Shown: positions 28,028 to 38,223, counted from the stretch's first letter. The stretch: 53,284 bases of DNA from an uncultured Gammaproteobacteria bacterium (GCA_964362195.1 CAYICZ010000003.1:1-53284); one strand, 5' to 3'. Translations and numbers: made by a program. Notes: generated from the sequence alone by a model not told the origin.

Positions 28028-30333
28028 CGGTCAAAGCCGCTGCGGCCACCTCTGGATCCGCCTCTATCTCTACTGCCAGCATATCCACTAGATCTTCCAC
28101 CTGATGATCTACCAAATCCCCCGCCTGATGGTCTAAATCCTCCACTACTTCTATAACCTCCACTTGAAGGCCTTGGCCTGTCTGAAAAAGACGGTCTGGG
28201 CCTAAAGCCAGCACTAGAACGGGGCCTACTTTCTGATTCTGGTTTTATATCTGCTCCAAAAAGCATTGATAAACCAACCTTCCCATCAGGTGAAACATCT
28301 GTAACTCTTACCTTAACTTCCTGTCCCTCAGAAACAACATCTTCTGGTTTTTCAACCCTACCTGGAGCCATTTGCGAAATATGGACCAGTCCATCTTTGC
28401 CGGGAGAAATCTCCACAAATGCTCCAAAGGCTGCCAGTCTAACAACTTTTCCGACAAACTCATCCCCCACCTGAACCTTTTTAAACATGCCCTCAATTTC
28501 GCTCATTGCATTCTTTACGCTATCAACACCAACAGCTGAAATTGTGACAGTTCCATCATCTTCAATATCTATTTGGGCTCCGGTTTTGGCAATAATTCCA
28601 TTAATTGTTTTTCCACCTGTGCCAATTAAAAGTCCTATTTCTGATGGATCAATATGCATTGTTTCAATTCTTGGAGCATAAGCAGACAAAGGTCCAACAG
28701 ACGGGATAACTTTATTCATCTGTTCCAATATATTCATTCTGGCTTGTTTACCCTGTTTCAGCGCTTCCTCAATTATTTCAAAAGATAGTCCATCCAGCTT
28801 TGTATCCATTTGAATGGCGGTAATGCCATTTTTGGTTCCGGCAATTTTAAAATCCATCTCTCCATAAAAATCTTCCACCGCCCTCATGTCTGTAATAACC
28901 TGGAATTTTTTTTCATCTGAAAATAGTCCCATGGCAATTCCGGCCACCGGTGTAATTAAAGGCACACCGGCATTCAAAAGTGCCAGCGAGGTAGCACAAA
29001 CATCAGCTTGGGAGGTGGAAGCATTTGCCGCTAAAACTTCAGATACTACTCTGATAGCATAAGGAAATTGAGCAGGGGCGGGGATAACCGGCAGGATAGC
29101 TTTTTCTGCTAAACCTCCGTGTCCCACATCACGTCTGTTAGGAGAGCCTATCCTTTTGACCTCACCCACTGAAAAAGGATTAATGCTCATATTGTAATAG
29201 TGCATAAACCTCTTTTTCCTCTCCCCTTCCATACCGTCCAGAGTTTGCTCTAAAGATGGGGCTCCCAGTGTAGCTACAGCTAAGACTTGAGTATCTCCTC
29301 TTTTAAACAAAGCGCTGCCGTGTGTTCTGGGCAGAAGCCCTACTTCCATACTCAAAGGCCTGATTTCCTCCATGGCCCTGCCGTCTACTCTTTTTTGTTT
29401 TTCCAAAACTGTTTCGTGAACTATCTCTTTGGCCACTTTATCAAATATTCCGGAAATTATTTGGGGAGTTAACTTGTCAACATATTGAACTGCCAATTGT
29501 TTTTTGATTAAATCGCCTGTGGCTTCATGCCAGGGATGTTCATTATCAAATAAAGCTGCTTCAATCCTGTCTTTGGTAAGTTTGGTAACCTCTTTTAGCA
29601 GTGCTTCCTCTATTGCTTCCTCAATGTGCGATATTTCCAGCTTTTTCTTGCCTGCCTCTTTACTAAATTCTTCTATTAAAGTAATTATTGCCTGAGACTG
29701 CTCATGTGCTTTTTTAATTCCTTCAAATACTTTATTTTCATCAATTTGCTTAGCTCCTGTTTCTATCATCACTACTTTCTCCTTACCAGATGCCACTAAC
29801 AGCTCCATATTTAGAGATTCGTACTTGTCCATTGTCGGATTTACAACCAGTTCTCCATCTTTTTCTCCAACTCTAACCATTGCAATTGGACCTTTCCAAG
29901 GAACAGAGGAAATAGACAAAGCAGCAGATGCTGCAATTAGCCCTAATACATCCGGATCAGATATGGCATCATAAGATAAAACAGATATAATAACCTGAAC
30001 TTCATTCATCTTAAATTCTTTGGGAAAAAGGGGTCTGATTGATCTATCAATTAATCTAGCTGTTAAAACCGATTCATCCGTAGGTCTGGCCTCTCTTTTT
30101 ATAAATTTAGAAGAGGAAATTCTTCCTCCGGCATAGTGTTTTTCCACATATTCAACAGACAATGGGAAATAGCCAATATCCTCTTTTAGTTTTTGGGTTG
30201 CAACTGTTGCTAAAACAACTGTTTCACCCCAGGTAGCCACCACAGATGCATCTGACTGCAACGCCAGTTTACCTGTTTCTAATTTAAGTTTTCGACCATT
30301 AAGGTCAATTTCTTTAGTTATTATTTTGTTCAT
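28024..30333 (-). CDS. pnp: Polyribonucleotide nucleotidyltransferase with an Arg/Gly/Ser-rich tail
   Basis: FPLSVEY, ARLIDRSIRPLFP, RTHGSALFKRGDTQ, GEMDFKIAGT, KH and S1 domains. Confidence 0.98.
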   Translation of the reverse strand: MNKIITKEIDLNGRKLKLETGKLALQSDASVVATWGETVVLATVATQKLKEDIGYFPLSVEYVEKHYAGGRISSSKFIKREARPTDESVLTARLIDRSIRPLFPKEFKMNEVQVIISVLSYDAISDPDVLGLIAASAALSISSVPWKGPIAMVRVGEKDGELVVNPTMDKYESLNMELLVASGKEKVVMIETGAKQIDENKVFEGIKKAHEQSQAIITLIEEFSKEAGKKKLEISHIEEAIEEALLKEVTKLTKDRIEAALFDNEHPWHEATGDLIKKQLAVQYVDKLTPQIISGIFDKVAKEIVHETVLEKQKRVDGRAMEEIRPLSMEVGLLPRTHGSALFKRGDTQVLAVATLGAPSLEQTLDGMEGERKKRFMHYYNMSINPFSVGEVKRIGSPNRRDVGHGGLAEKAILPVIPAPAQFPYAIRVVSEVLAANASTSQADVCATSLALLNAGVPLITPVAGIAMGLFSDEKKFQVITDMRAVEDFYGEMDFKIAGTKNGITAIQMDTKLDGLSFEIIEEALKQGKQARMNILEQMNKVIPSVGPLSAYAPRIETMHIDPSEIGLLIGTGGKTINGIIAKTGAQIDIEDDGTVTISAVGVDSVKNAMSEIEGMFKKVQVGDEFVGKVVRLAAFGAFVEISPGKDGLVHISQMAPGRVEKPEDVVSEGQEVKVRVTDVSPDGKVGLSMLFGADIKPESESRPRSSAGFRPRPSFSDRPRPSSGGYRSSGGFRPSGGGFGRSSGGRSSGYAGSRDRGGSRGGRSGFDR

Positions 30334-30355
30334 TAAAATCTAATAAAATTAAATT

Positions 30356-30455
30356 GAAGAGTTTGGAAACTGTGGAAGAAATAATTATCCGCCGGCTGGC
30401 GGATTGTTATCTCTTTGCAATCCCCAAATCTTTCTTCTACTCATCCATTATAGCA
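30356..30455 (-). promoter_or_regulatory. Extended -10 promoter and long stem-loop in the pnp leader
   Basis: TG-C-TATAAT (30455-30447). Imperfect stem of about 82 nt at 30437-30356, with core ATCCGCC-AGCC-GGCGGAT and outer GAAGA/TCTTC and TTTGG/CCAAA pairs. Confidence 0.6.
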
Positions 30456-30458
30456 CAA

Positions 30459-30728
30459 TTACTTTGATAAACCTAATTTGTCTATAACAATCTTGTATCT
30501 TTCCGTATCTTTTTTAAATAAATACTGCAAGAGTCTCCTTCTTTTGTTAACCATTGATAAGAGCCCTCTTCTTGAATGAATATCGTGAGTGTGTTCTTTT
30601 AAATGAGAAGCTAAATTCTTAATCTGTTCTGTTAAAAGGGCAACTTGTACTTCAGGAGAACCTGTGTCCCCGCTCTTGGTTGCAAACTCTTTAATTATTT
30701 TCTGCTTTATCTTTGGATCTAATGGCAT
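30459..30728 (-). CDS. rpsO: 30S ribosomal protein S15
   Basis: [30 protein letters not shown]. Confidence 0.99.
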   Translation of the reverse strand: MPLDPKIKQKIIKEFATKSGDTGSPEVQVALLTEQIKNLASHLKEHTHDIHSRRGLLSMVNKRRRLLQYLFKKDTERYKIVIDKLGLSK

Positions 30729-30838
30729 CTTGCTCCTTTCTGGGAAAACATTGGTGCCATAAAAGTAATCCCAAAATTAATTTGTGGCAATTCTAACAGA
30801 AACTTTTAAAATATGCAAGTTTATGCTATCATGATGTC

Positions 30839-31090
30839 ATGAAAAAGTATAAAAAATACATTACTTCCAAGTCTGATGTTATGGGTGGAACACCCTGTAT
30901 TGTTGGAACCAGAATACCTATTGCAGTCATTGTAGCACGTCTGAAAGAAGGCAATACCATTGAATCAATTCAACAAGGATATCCTTGGGTACCCTTAAAA
31001 AATATAAAAGGTGCTGTTAATGAATTGGTTGAAAAACTAAGCTCTACCAGGGATGCCTCGGAAATTTTACAAACACAAGCTGTTGCTTGA
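30839..31090 (+). CDS. DUF433-family antitoxin
   Basis: ITSKSDVMGGTPCIVGTRIPIAVIV...EGNTIESIQQGYP. Confidence 0.9.
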   Translation: MKKYKKYITSKSDVMGGTPCIVGTRIPIAVIVARLKEGNTIESIQQGYPWVPLKNIKGAVNELVEKLSSTRDASEILQTQAVA

Positions 31091-31409
31091 TGAAGGATTT
31101 TATTACAAAAAAGATCTGCCCATTACTAACAGCAGATTTGATGTCAAACATGTTGCTGGAGATTATAAACAAGGCGCATCTTCTGATTTCAAAGTATATG
31201 AACTTGCGAAAGTTGAAGGTCGGATTCTTATCACTCTCAATATAAAACATTTCAAACCACTGGCTTCCACAAGCAAATCAACAGGAGTAATTGGAATATC
31301 TCCAAATCTATCGCTTGATCAAATTGATAAAAAGCTAACAGCTCTTTTAAATAAATCCACCAAAAAATCCCTGCTTGGAAAACTGACAACAATTAGTGGG
31401 GAAGGCTAG
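31053..31409 (+). CDS. DUF5615-type PIN-like toxin
   Basis: KLLLDEG, SDFKVYELAKVEGRILITLNIKHF; paired with DUF433. Confidence 0.82.
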   Translation: MPRKFYKHKLLLDEGFYYKKDLPITNSRFDVKHVAGDYKQGASSDFKVYELAKVEGRILITLNIKHFKPLASTSKSTGVIGISPNLSLDQIDKKLTALLNKSTKKSLLGKLTTISGEG

Positions 31410-31436
31410 AATTTATTTCGTCATAGGAGGGAAAAG

Positions 31437-31727
31437 TTAAGCTTTTCTACTATATGGTAATCTTTTTTCTCTTTCTCTAACACAAAGATTGTTGTAGGTA
31501 ATACATGCCACGCTTGAAGAGTAACCTAAAACATCTAGTCTATTTAATCTTCTAAACACAAGGTCACTACTTAAATCTCCTCTTCGTTCTTTTACAAACA
31601 AACGTCTTCCAAGTTCTTGTGAGCCATATACAACCCTACATCGCCTTCGCTCTTCCTGCCATAAAATTTGAAGAGAATGAAACTCTCTTGAAATCCAACC
31701 TGGTTTATTTTTCGATTCTATAGTCAT
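31437..31727 (-). CDS. Hypothetical basic protein (96 aa)
   Basis: ATG lies 5 nt after the upstream stop, with an AGGA upstream. No recognisable family. Confidence 0.35.
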   Translation of the reverse strand: MTIESKNKPGWISREFHSLQILWQEERRRCRVVYGSQELGRRLFVKERRGDLSSDLVFRRLNRLDVLGYSSSVACITYNNLCVREREKRLPYSRKA

Positions 31728-31732
31728 ATATT

Positions 31733-32683
31733 TTATCCTAGCGATGAACCTTTGAAGATTTTGGGGGTGAGCCATTCCGGCTCAACTGTTTCAGAAACAA
31801 CTGCCTCGCCTACCGGCAATTCTTCAGGTGAGGGTTGGTTTTGTGGAGGAGTCATAATAGCTGACCAGTCATATGATGGCTGATTGGGTTGTTGGGGCTG
31901 AACAACTTGAGATACTTGAGCTAAAGAGGCTGGTTTTTTCCCACCAACCCGCAGACAATTAGCAACAGCCATATACGTCTCTGCTGTTGATTTTTGATCA
32001 GTTAAATTGCCTGTTACCTCAAAAATCCCGGCAAGTAAATTGCTTGCGCTGTCTTGATCTAACATATAACCTAAATCAGAAATCAAATTAACCATTACTT
32101 CAGAAAAGCAAGAAGCCTGATTATCTAGAACATTAGTTTGTCCAAAGCTGGTATTTCCAGCCTGGTTGTCTATATTTACAACATGAGTTCCGGAAAAAAT
32201 CTGAGCATTTGAAGAATAAATATTTCCCAAAGCATTTAAATTCAAAGCACCTATTACAAAAATTAAGTTAAATCCGGATCCCTGATAATGTGGGACAATT
32301 CTGGTGGGCTGGAAAGTTTGTCCGGGTAAAACATGAAACACTAAATTTAAATTATTCCCCTCTGCAGACCAGTCCAGCTTTTCCAATGCAGGAACGCTGT
32401 TATCAGAAGCAGCCACACCTTCTAAGGTCAGTGTTAAATTTCCTCCATCAGTTGAGGAAACAGTTTTTTGGATATGATCCACCCCAAAAAGATGCGCCTG
32501 ACCAACCTTTATATCAGCATCAGATACAATAGAAACTTCTTTACCTTTAGCTTGCAGTGTTAAAAACAATGATAATCCGGCAGCCAGTTGATCAATTGAG
32601 GCATTAGAAGGCAAAGCAATCAAAATATTTTTAGCAGTAGGCAAAAGATTTTTAAGTTCTGTAATTTGAGAATCATATTTCAT
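31733..32683 (-). CDS. DHH/NrnA-like fold protein with degenerate catalytic motifs
   Basis: NILIAL...SIDQLAA, VVNIDNQ (in place of DHH), ASCFSEVM, LLAGI. Follows infB as nrnA often does. Start placed at ATG 32683. Confidence 0.7.
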   Translation of the reverse strand: MKYDSQITELKNLLPTAKNILIALPSNASIDQLAAGLSLFLTLQAKGKEVSIVSDADIKVGQAHLFGVDHIQKTVSSTDGGNLTLTLEGVAASDNSVPALEKLDWSAEGNNLNLVFHVLPGQTFQPTRIVPHYQGSGFNLIFVIGALNLNALGNIYSSNAQIFSGTHVVNIDNQAGNTSFGQTNVLDNQASCFSEVMVNLISDLGYMLDQDSASNLLAGIFEVTGNLTDQKSTAETYMAVANCLRVGGKKPASLAQVSQVVQPQQPNQPSYDWSAIMTPPQNQPSPEELPVGEAVVSETVEPEWLTPKIFKGSSLG

Positions 32684-32720
32684 TAGCCAAATTCTACCTC
32701 TTAATCCTATAATAGTCAAG

Positions 32721-34172
32721 TCAGATCACTCTGAAGGATTCAACCACATCTCCAATTGCAAAATCAATTGGCGGATCAAAGATCATTCCGCAATCCGAAC
32801 CTTTTTCCACTTTATTAACTTCTTCTTTAACCTTTTTCAAAGATTTTAATTTAGTTTCTCCTATTAAAACTCCTTCTCTAACAACTCTTATTTTTTGCCC
32901 TTTGGCAATAACTCCTTCAATCATTCTGCAACCGGCAATCCGCTCCCCTTTCCCAAATGGAAATTCAGCAATAATACTCGCTTTTCCTAATATTTCCTCA
33001 AGTTGTCCTACTTCAAGCAATGTTTTAACAACTTCTTCAATCTCATCCAAAAGCTCATATATAATATTGTAGGTTCTGACTAAAACATGTTCATTCTCTG
33101 CCATTTTGGCAGCAGTTGGAGCAACTTTAACATTAAAACCAACCACAATTGCCCCAACAGACAGCGCATGTTGCACATTATCTTCGGTTATATCCCCTGT
33201 TCCGGAAGCTATAAAATCAACCACCTCTCCATCAATGTTAAACTTTTCTAAAGAAGCTTGGATTGCTTCAAGTGAACCTTGCTTATCAGCCTTAATAATT
33301 ACTTTAAGGGTTTTTGAAGTTCCTTGTTTTAATTTATCTACCAAAGAGCGAACAACTTCTTTCTTCTCAGAAAGTTCTGCTTCATTACCTAATACTGCTC
33401 CCACTGCTGGGACTTCTTCTAAACCCAAAACCTCAACAGGAGTTGAAGGACCTGCCTGATCAAGCGGCTTATTATTCCAGTCAAAAATCCCTCTGATCTT
33501 TCCCTTAACTCCACCCACTATTATTTGATCACCTTTTTTCAAAGTCCCGTTTCTTACTAAAATTGTGGCAATCGGGCCTTTAAATTTATCTAGCGTTGCC
33601 TCAATCACCACACCTGATGAAGCTAAATCAGGGTTTCCTTTTAGCTCATGAATTTCAGCAACCAAAAGAATCATCTCTAAAAGTTTATCTACACCTTCAC
33701 CTGTTTTTGCAGAAAGGGCAACCATAGGTACATCTCCTCCGTATTCTTCAACCATAATTTTTTTATCAGACAACTGTTTTTTGATTTTTTCCAAGGATAC
33801 TTTTATATCAATTCCAGGAAGGTCTATTTTGTTAACAGCCACAATTAAAGGAACTTTTGCTCCCTGAATATGATTTATTGCCTCAGTTGTTTGCGGCATA
33901 ATCCCATCATCAACTGCCACCACCAAAACAGCAATATCAGCAACCTTAGCTCCCCTGGATCTCATTTTCTCAAAAGCTGCATGACCTGGAGTATCTATAA
34001 AGGTAATTTGCTTGCCACCATGCTCTACCTGATATGCACCAATATGCTGGGTTATTCCGCCGTGCTCTTTTGTGGCAACTGAGGATTTGCGGATAAAATC
34101 AAGTAAAGTAGTCTTACCATGATCAACATGGCCTAAAATTGTAATTATTGGTGCCCGTGTTTCTTCTGCCAT
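32721..34172 (-). CDS. infB: Translation initiation factor IF-2, short form lacking the N-domain
   Basis: [42 protein letters not shown]. Confidence 0.97.
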   Translation of the reverse strand: MAEETRAPIITILGHVDHGKTTLLDFIRKSSVATKEHGGITQHIGAYQVEHGGKQITFIDTPGHAAFEKMRSRGAKVADIAVLVVAVDDGIMPQTTEAINHIQGAKVPLIVAVNKIDLPGIDIKVSLEKIKKQLSDKKIMVEEYGGDVPMVALSAKTGEGVDKLLEMILLVAEIHELKGNPDLASSGVVIEATLDKFKGPIATILVRNGTLKKGDQIIVGGVKGKIRGIFDWNNKPLDQAGPSTPVEVLGLEEVPAVGAVLGNEAELSEKKEVVRSLVDKLKQGTSKTLKVIIKADKQGSLEAIQASLEKFNIDGEVVDFIASGTGDITEDNVQHALSVGAIVVGFNVKVAPTAAKMAENEHVLVRTYNIIYELLDEIEEVVKTLLEVGQLEEILGKASIIAEFPFGKGERIAGCRMIEGVIAKGQKIRVVREGVLIGETKLKSLKKVKEEVNKVEKGSDCGMIFDPPIDFAIGDVVESFRVI

Positions 34173-34198
34173 AAATTTTAAGACAAAGAGCTTTCATA

Positions 34199-35287
34199 TT
34201 ACTTAGACTCTTCATCAGTTTTCACTTCAACTTCACCTATTGCTTCTTCTAATTTCTGCTCTTCTTCTGCTGGTTTTTCTTCTTGTACTGCTTTTTCAAT
34301 AACTTCTTCAGCTTGTTTGATTTCTTCAGGTGCTCCTTCAATATCAATCTTCCAGCCTGTTAGCTTTGCAGCCAGACGCACATTTTGGCCTTTTTTACCA
34401 ATAGCTAGCGATAATTGAGACTCCGACACAGTAACTGTGGCTATTTTATTCTCTTCATCTAACTTTACTTGAATGTCTTTAGCAGGAGAAAGTGAAGCAG
34501 CGATAAATCTGGCCGGATCGCTGGAATAGGTAATAATATCAATCTTTTCTTCCCCAAGCTCACCCATTACAGCCTGTACCCTGACTCCTTTTTGTCCCAC
34601 CATGGATCCAACAGGATCAATTCCATCTTGGCTGGATTGAGCAGCAATTTTGGTTCTTGAACCAGCCTCCCTGGCAATTGCTTTAACTTCAACTGCCCCT
34701 GATTGAATTTCCGGAACTTCCAAGCTAAAAAGCGCTTTAACCAAATCAGGATCAGACCTTGAAACAACCACCTCAGAACCTCTTCCACCTTCTCTGATTT
34801 CCTTAATTAAAAACTTCAATCTAATATTTTGATGATAAACTTCAGTATGAATCTGCTCAGATGGAGGCAACACTCCCTCAGCCCTACCTAGATCAATAAA
34901 ATAAGTATTTCCTTCCTGTCTTTGAATTGCTCCGGATATAACAGTTCCGACTTTACCTTCATATTCAGATAAAATTGCTCCTCGCTCTGCTTCATTTAGC
35001 TTTTGCATGATCACTTGTTTGGCAATTGAGGCAGCAATCCTGGCAAAACCAGGAGGAGTGACATTTTTAGTCCCATCTAAAATTTTGATCTCACCGGTAA
35101 TTGGATCTACTTCAGAGGTAAATTCTTCAAAATCTTCCGGAATTTCTTCATTCCTAAGTGTTAAATCTTTTTTATAAGCAGCCAATGCAGCCTGGCGGAT
35201 GGCATCTAAAACCACAGATACATCCACCCCTTTTTCAGAGGCTATCTGGTTTAGAGCAGCTGCAAATTCTGTCCGTGCTTGACTCAT
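34199..35287 (-). CDS. nusA: Transcription termination/antitermination factor NusA
   Basis: FARIAA...[49 protein letters not shown]. Confidence 0.98.
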   Translation of the reverse strand: MSQARTEFAAALNQIASEKGVDVSVVLDAIRQAALAAYKKDLTLRNEEIPEDFEEFTSEVDPITGEIKILDGTKNVTPPGFARIAASIAKQVIMQKLNEAERGAILSEYEGKVGTVISGAIQRQEGNTYFIDLGRAEGVLPPSEQIHTEVYHQNIRLKFLIKEIREGGRGSEVVVSRSDPDLVKALFSLEVPEIQSGAVEVKAIAREAGSRTKIAAQSSQDGIDPVGSMVGQKGVRVQAVMGELGEEKIDIITYSSDPARFIAASLSPAKDIQVKLDEENKIATVTVSESQLSLAIGKKGQNVRLAAKLTGWKIDIEGAPEEIKQAEEVIEKAVQEEKPAEEEQKLEEAIGEVEVKTDEESK

Positions 35288-35293
35288 ATGCTT

Positions 35294-35319
35294 AAAAAAA
35301 GGTGGGACTAGCCCACCTT
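35294..35319 (-). terminator. Terminator/attenuator hairpin in the nusA leader (rimP-leader-like)
   Basis: AAGGTGGG-CTAGT-CCCACC-TTTTTTT ends 6 nt before the nusA ATG. Upstream promoter: TTGACT (35376-71), 17 nt, TAATAT (35353-48). Confidence 0.75.
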
Positions 35320-35382
35320 CCGATTAATCGGATTATTAACCACGAATATATTACTCTTTTGGAAATTTGAAGTCAACCCCGG

Positions 35383-36300
35383 TTAAAACCAGCCTTTTTT
35401 CTTACTACTTAAGTTGTATAACTCCTCATATAATTGTTTTTCCTGTTTTGAGGGATTTTTGGGAACTTCTAAATTAACTCTTACATAATGATCCCCGTGG
35501 CCATCATTTAACTTTGGGGCACCTTTACCTTTTAATTTCACTAGACTACCAGGTTGGGTGCCTGGCGGAACTTTTACTTTCATCTTACCTTGGACTGTAT
35601 TTACCTCAAATACATCCCCTAATACCAGTTGGGGAATATTTATAGTTATTTCAGAAAATATATCTGCCCCTTCTCTTAAAAATTCCAGATTTCTTCCTAC
35701 ATTAAAAGCTATATCCAAATCACCAAATCTCATTTTCGTTCCATTATCAACCCCTGGGGGAACTTTAATCCTTAATCTTTTTCTGCTTAATCTTCCCTGG
35801 GAATTTCTTTCTTCCACCTCAACTTCTTTAGTGATCCCATGGATTGCTTCATCAAAAGTTAAATTTAGCTGATAGGTAGGCCTTCTTCTCATTTGGGCAC
35901 CAAACCCACCGCCAAAAATTTGTTCAAAAAGTTCAAACGGATCTTCAAATCCTCCAAAATCAAACTGGACATTAGGGTTTCCACCACCTGAGGACCAACT
36001 ATATGACTGGGAACCTCCTCCGAATGGATTAAACCCACCTCCAAATGGTCCGCCTGCTCCAGCACCTGCACCTCTATCAAATGCAGCGTGACCAAATTGG
36101 TCATAGGCTTGTTTTTTTTGTGGATCAGATAAAACCTGGTAAGCCTCCCCAAGTTCTTTAAATCTCACATCTGCCCCCACAGATTTATCTATATCCGGAT
36201 GGTGTTTCCTGGCCAGTTTTCTATAAGCACTCTTTATCTCATCACTAGATGCGGATTTATTAACTCCTAATATTTCATAGTAATCTCTCTTTGTGGCCAT
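35383..36300 (-). CDS. dnaJ: DnaJ-family co-chaperone without zinc finger (class B)
   Basis: DYYEILG, HPD, G/F-rich region, C-terminal domain; no CxxCxGxG repeats. Confidence 0.93.
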   Translation of the reverse strand: MATKRDYYEILGVNKSASSDEIKSAYRKLARKHHPDIDKSVGADVRFKELGEAYQVLSDPQKKQAYDQFGHAAFDRGAGAGAGGPFGGGFNPFGGGSQSYSWSSGGGNPNVQFDFGGFEDPFELFEQIFGGGFGAQMRRRPTYQLNLTFDEAIHGITKEVEVEERNSQGRLSRKRLRIKVPPGVDNGTKMRFGDLDIAFNVGRNLEFLREGADIFSEITINIPQLVLGDVFEVNTVQGKMKVKVPPGTQPGSLVKLKGKGAPKLNDGHGDHYVRVNLEVPKNPSKQEKQLYEELYNLSSKKKGWF

Positions 36301-36303
36301 TCA

Positions 36304-38223
36304 TTACTCTTCTTTTTTGTCTTCCTCAACCACTTCACCTTCAACAGCTTCCTCCTTTGGCTCGCCGGAGCTTTCAGCGGAGGCGGCTTCACCAACTGGC
36401 TGTTCTGCTCCAGGTTGGCCATCTTTTCCGGGCTGAGAATACATAGCTGCACCTACTTTTTGTAACACCTCACCTAAGCCGTCACCTTTTTTCTTAATAT
36501 CATCAACATCCTCACCTTTAAGTGCTTCTTTAAGCTCATTTAGCTTTTGTTCAACTTCTGTTCTTACCTCAGCTGAAACTTTATCCCCCTGCTCTTTTAG
36601 AGTTTTTTCTGTCTGATACACCAGCCCGTCTGCAATATTTTTAGTCTCAATTCCCTCTTTTTTCTTTTTATCCTCTTCTGCATTCGCCTCTGCCTCTTTA
36701 GTCATTTTCTCCACTTCTTCTTTGGAAAGACCGGTTGAACCGGTGATGGTTATTTTCTGCTCTTTTGAAGTGGCTTTATCTTTAGCAGAGACATTTAAAA
36801 TGCCATTGGCATCAATATCAAAAGTGACCTCCACTTGCGGCACACCTCTGGGGGCCGGTGGGATTCCATCAAGCACAAATCTTCCAAGTGATTTGTTATC
36901 TGCTGACATTTCCCTCTCTCCCTGCAAAACATTTATCTCCACAGCCGGCTGATTATCTGCCGCAGTTGAGAATACTTCTGATTTAGATGATGGAATAGTG
37001 GTGTTTCGATTTATAAGCGGTGTTCTTACTCCACCCAATGTTTCTATACCTAAGGTTAAGGGAGTCACATCCAATAAAAGCACATCTTTAACTTCCCCGC
37101 CCAAAACTCCTCCCTGAATAGCAGCTCCAACAGCCACCACCTCATCCGGGTTAATGCCTTTATGCGGTTCTTTGCCAAAATACTCCTGAACTGCTTTTTG
37201 AACTGCCGGCATCCTGGTCATTCCTCCCACCAAAATCACTTCATCCACTTTAGAAACCTCAATTTTGGCATCTTTAAGACAACTCTTTACAGCATCAAAG
37301 CTCTTTTCAATTAAAGGCTTAACCATACTCTCCAGCTTGGCCCTGGATAGTTTCATTTCCAAATGCTTCGGGCCGGAGGCATCTGCTGTGACAAATGGAA
37401 TAGAGATTTCTGCTTCCATTGAGGAAGAAAGCTCAATTTTAGCTTTCTCTGCTGCATCTCGAAGTCTCTGCAAAGCCTGCCTGTCACCTTTAAGATCAAT
37501 TCCCTCACTCTTTTTAAACTCATCAGCCAAAAAGTCTAAAATAACCTGATCAAAATCATCCCCACCTAAATGGGTATCACCATTTGTACTTTTAACCTCA
37601 AATACTCCTTCACCCAAATCCAAAACCGAGATATCAAAAGTTCCTCCCCCAAGATCATAAACAGCAATTGTATGAGCATTTGCCTTATCCAAACCATAAG
37701 CCAAAGCTGCAGCTGTTGGTTCATTGATAATTCGCTGAACATTTAATCCGGCAATTTCTCCGGCCTGTTTGGTGGCTTGTCTTTGGGCATCATCAAAATA
37801 AGCCGGCACAGTAATAACAGCATCTGTGACTTTTTCACCCAAATAACTCTCGGCATCAGCTTTGATTTTTCCCAAAATCTGGGCGGAAATTTCCTGGGGA
37901 GTATATTCATGACCATCAACCTCCACCACAGCCATATTGTTTTTGCCGGACTTGATGGTATAGGGAAGCCATTCTTTATCCCGCTTTACTTCCGGATCAT
38001 CAAATTTTCTACCCATCAGTCTTTTAATAGAAAAAATGGTTTCCTTGGGATTAACAATAGCCTGGCGTTTGGCCACACGGCCTACTATGTTTTTTATTGG
38101 GTTGACAACAGAGGGAATAGTATTTTCCCCTTCAGCGCTGTGAATAACCTTGGGCTTCCCACCCTCCATTACAGCCACACATGAATTTGTTGTTCCTAAA
38201 TCAATTCCAATAATTTTGCTCAT
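36304..38223 (-). CDS. dnaK: Chaperone DnaK
   Basis: [32 protein letters not shown]. Confidence 0.99.
   Translation of the reverse strand: MSKIIGIDLGTTNSCVAVMEGGKPKVIHSAEGENTIPSVVNPIKNIVGRVAKRQAIVNPKETIFSIKRLMGRKFDDPEVKRDKEWLPYTIKSGKNNMAVVEVDGHEYTPQEISAQILGKIKADAESYLGEKVTDAVITVPAYFDDAQRQATKQAGEIAGLNVQRIINEPTAAALAYGLDKANAHTIAVYDLGGGTFDISVLDLGEGVFEVKSTNGDTHLGGDDFDQVILDFLADEFKKSEGIDLKGDRQALQRLRDAAEKAKIELSSSMEAEISIPFVTADASGPKHLEMKLSRAKLESMVKPLIEKSFDAVKSCLKDAKIEVSKVDEVILVGGMTRMPAVQKAVQEYFGKEPHKGINPDEVVAVGAAIQGGVLGGEVKDVLLLDVTPLTLGIETLGGVRTPLINRNTTIPSSKSEVFSTAADNQPAVEINVLQGEREMSADNKSLGRFVLDGIPPAPRGVPQVEVTFDIDANGILNVSAKDKATSKEQKITITGSTGLSKEEVEKMTKEAEANAEEDKKKKEGIETKNIADGLVYQTEKTLKEQGDKVSAEVRTEVEQKLNELKEALKGEDVDDIKKKGDGLGEVLQKVGAAMYSQPGKDGQPGAEQPVGEAASAESSGEPKEEAVEGEVVEEDKKEE

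Noticed and set aside
32721-34172. infB as a 5'-truncated fragment
   Set aside because: The G-domain through the C-domains is complete, the N-domain is known to be variable and dispensable, and there is no room for it after nusA.
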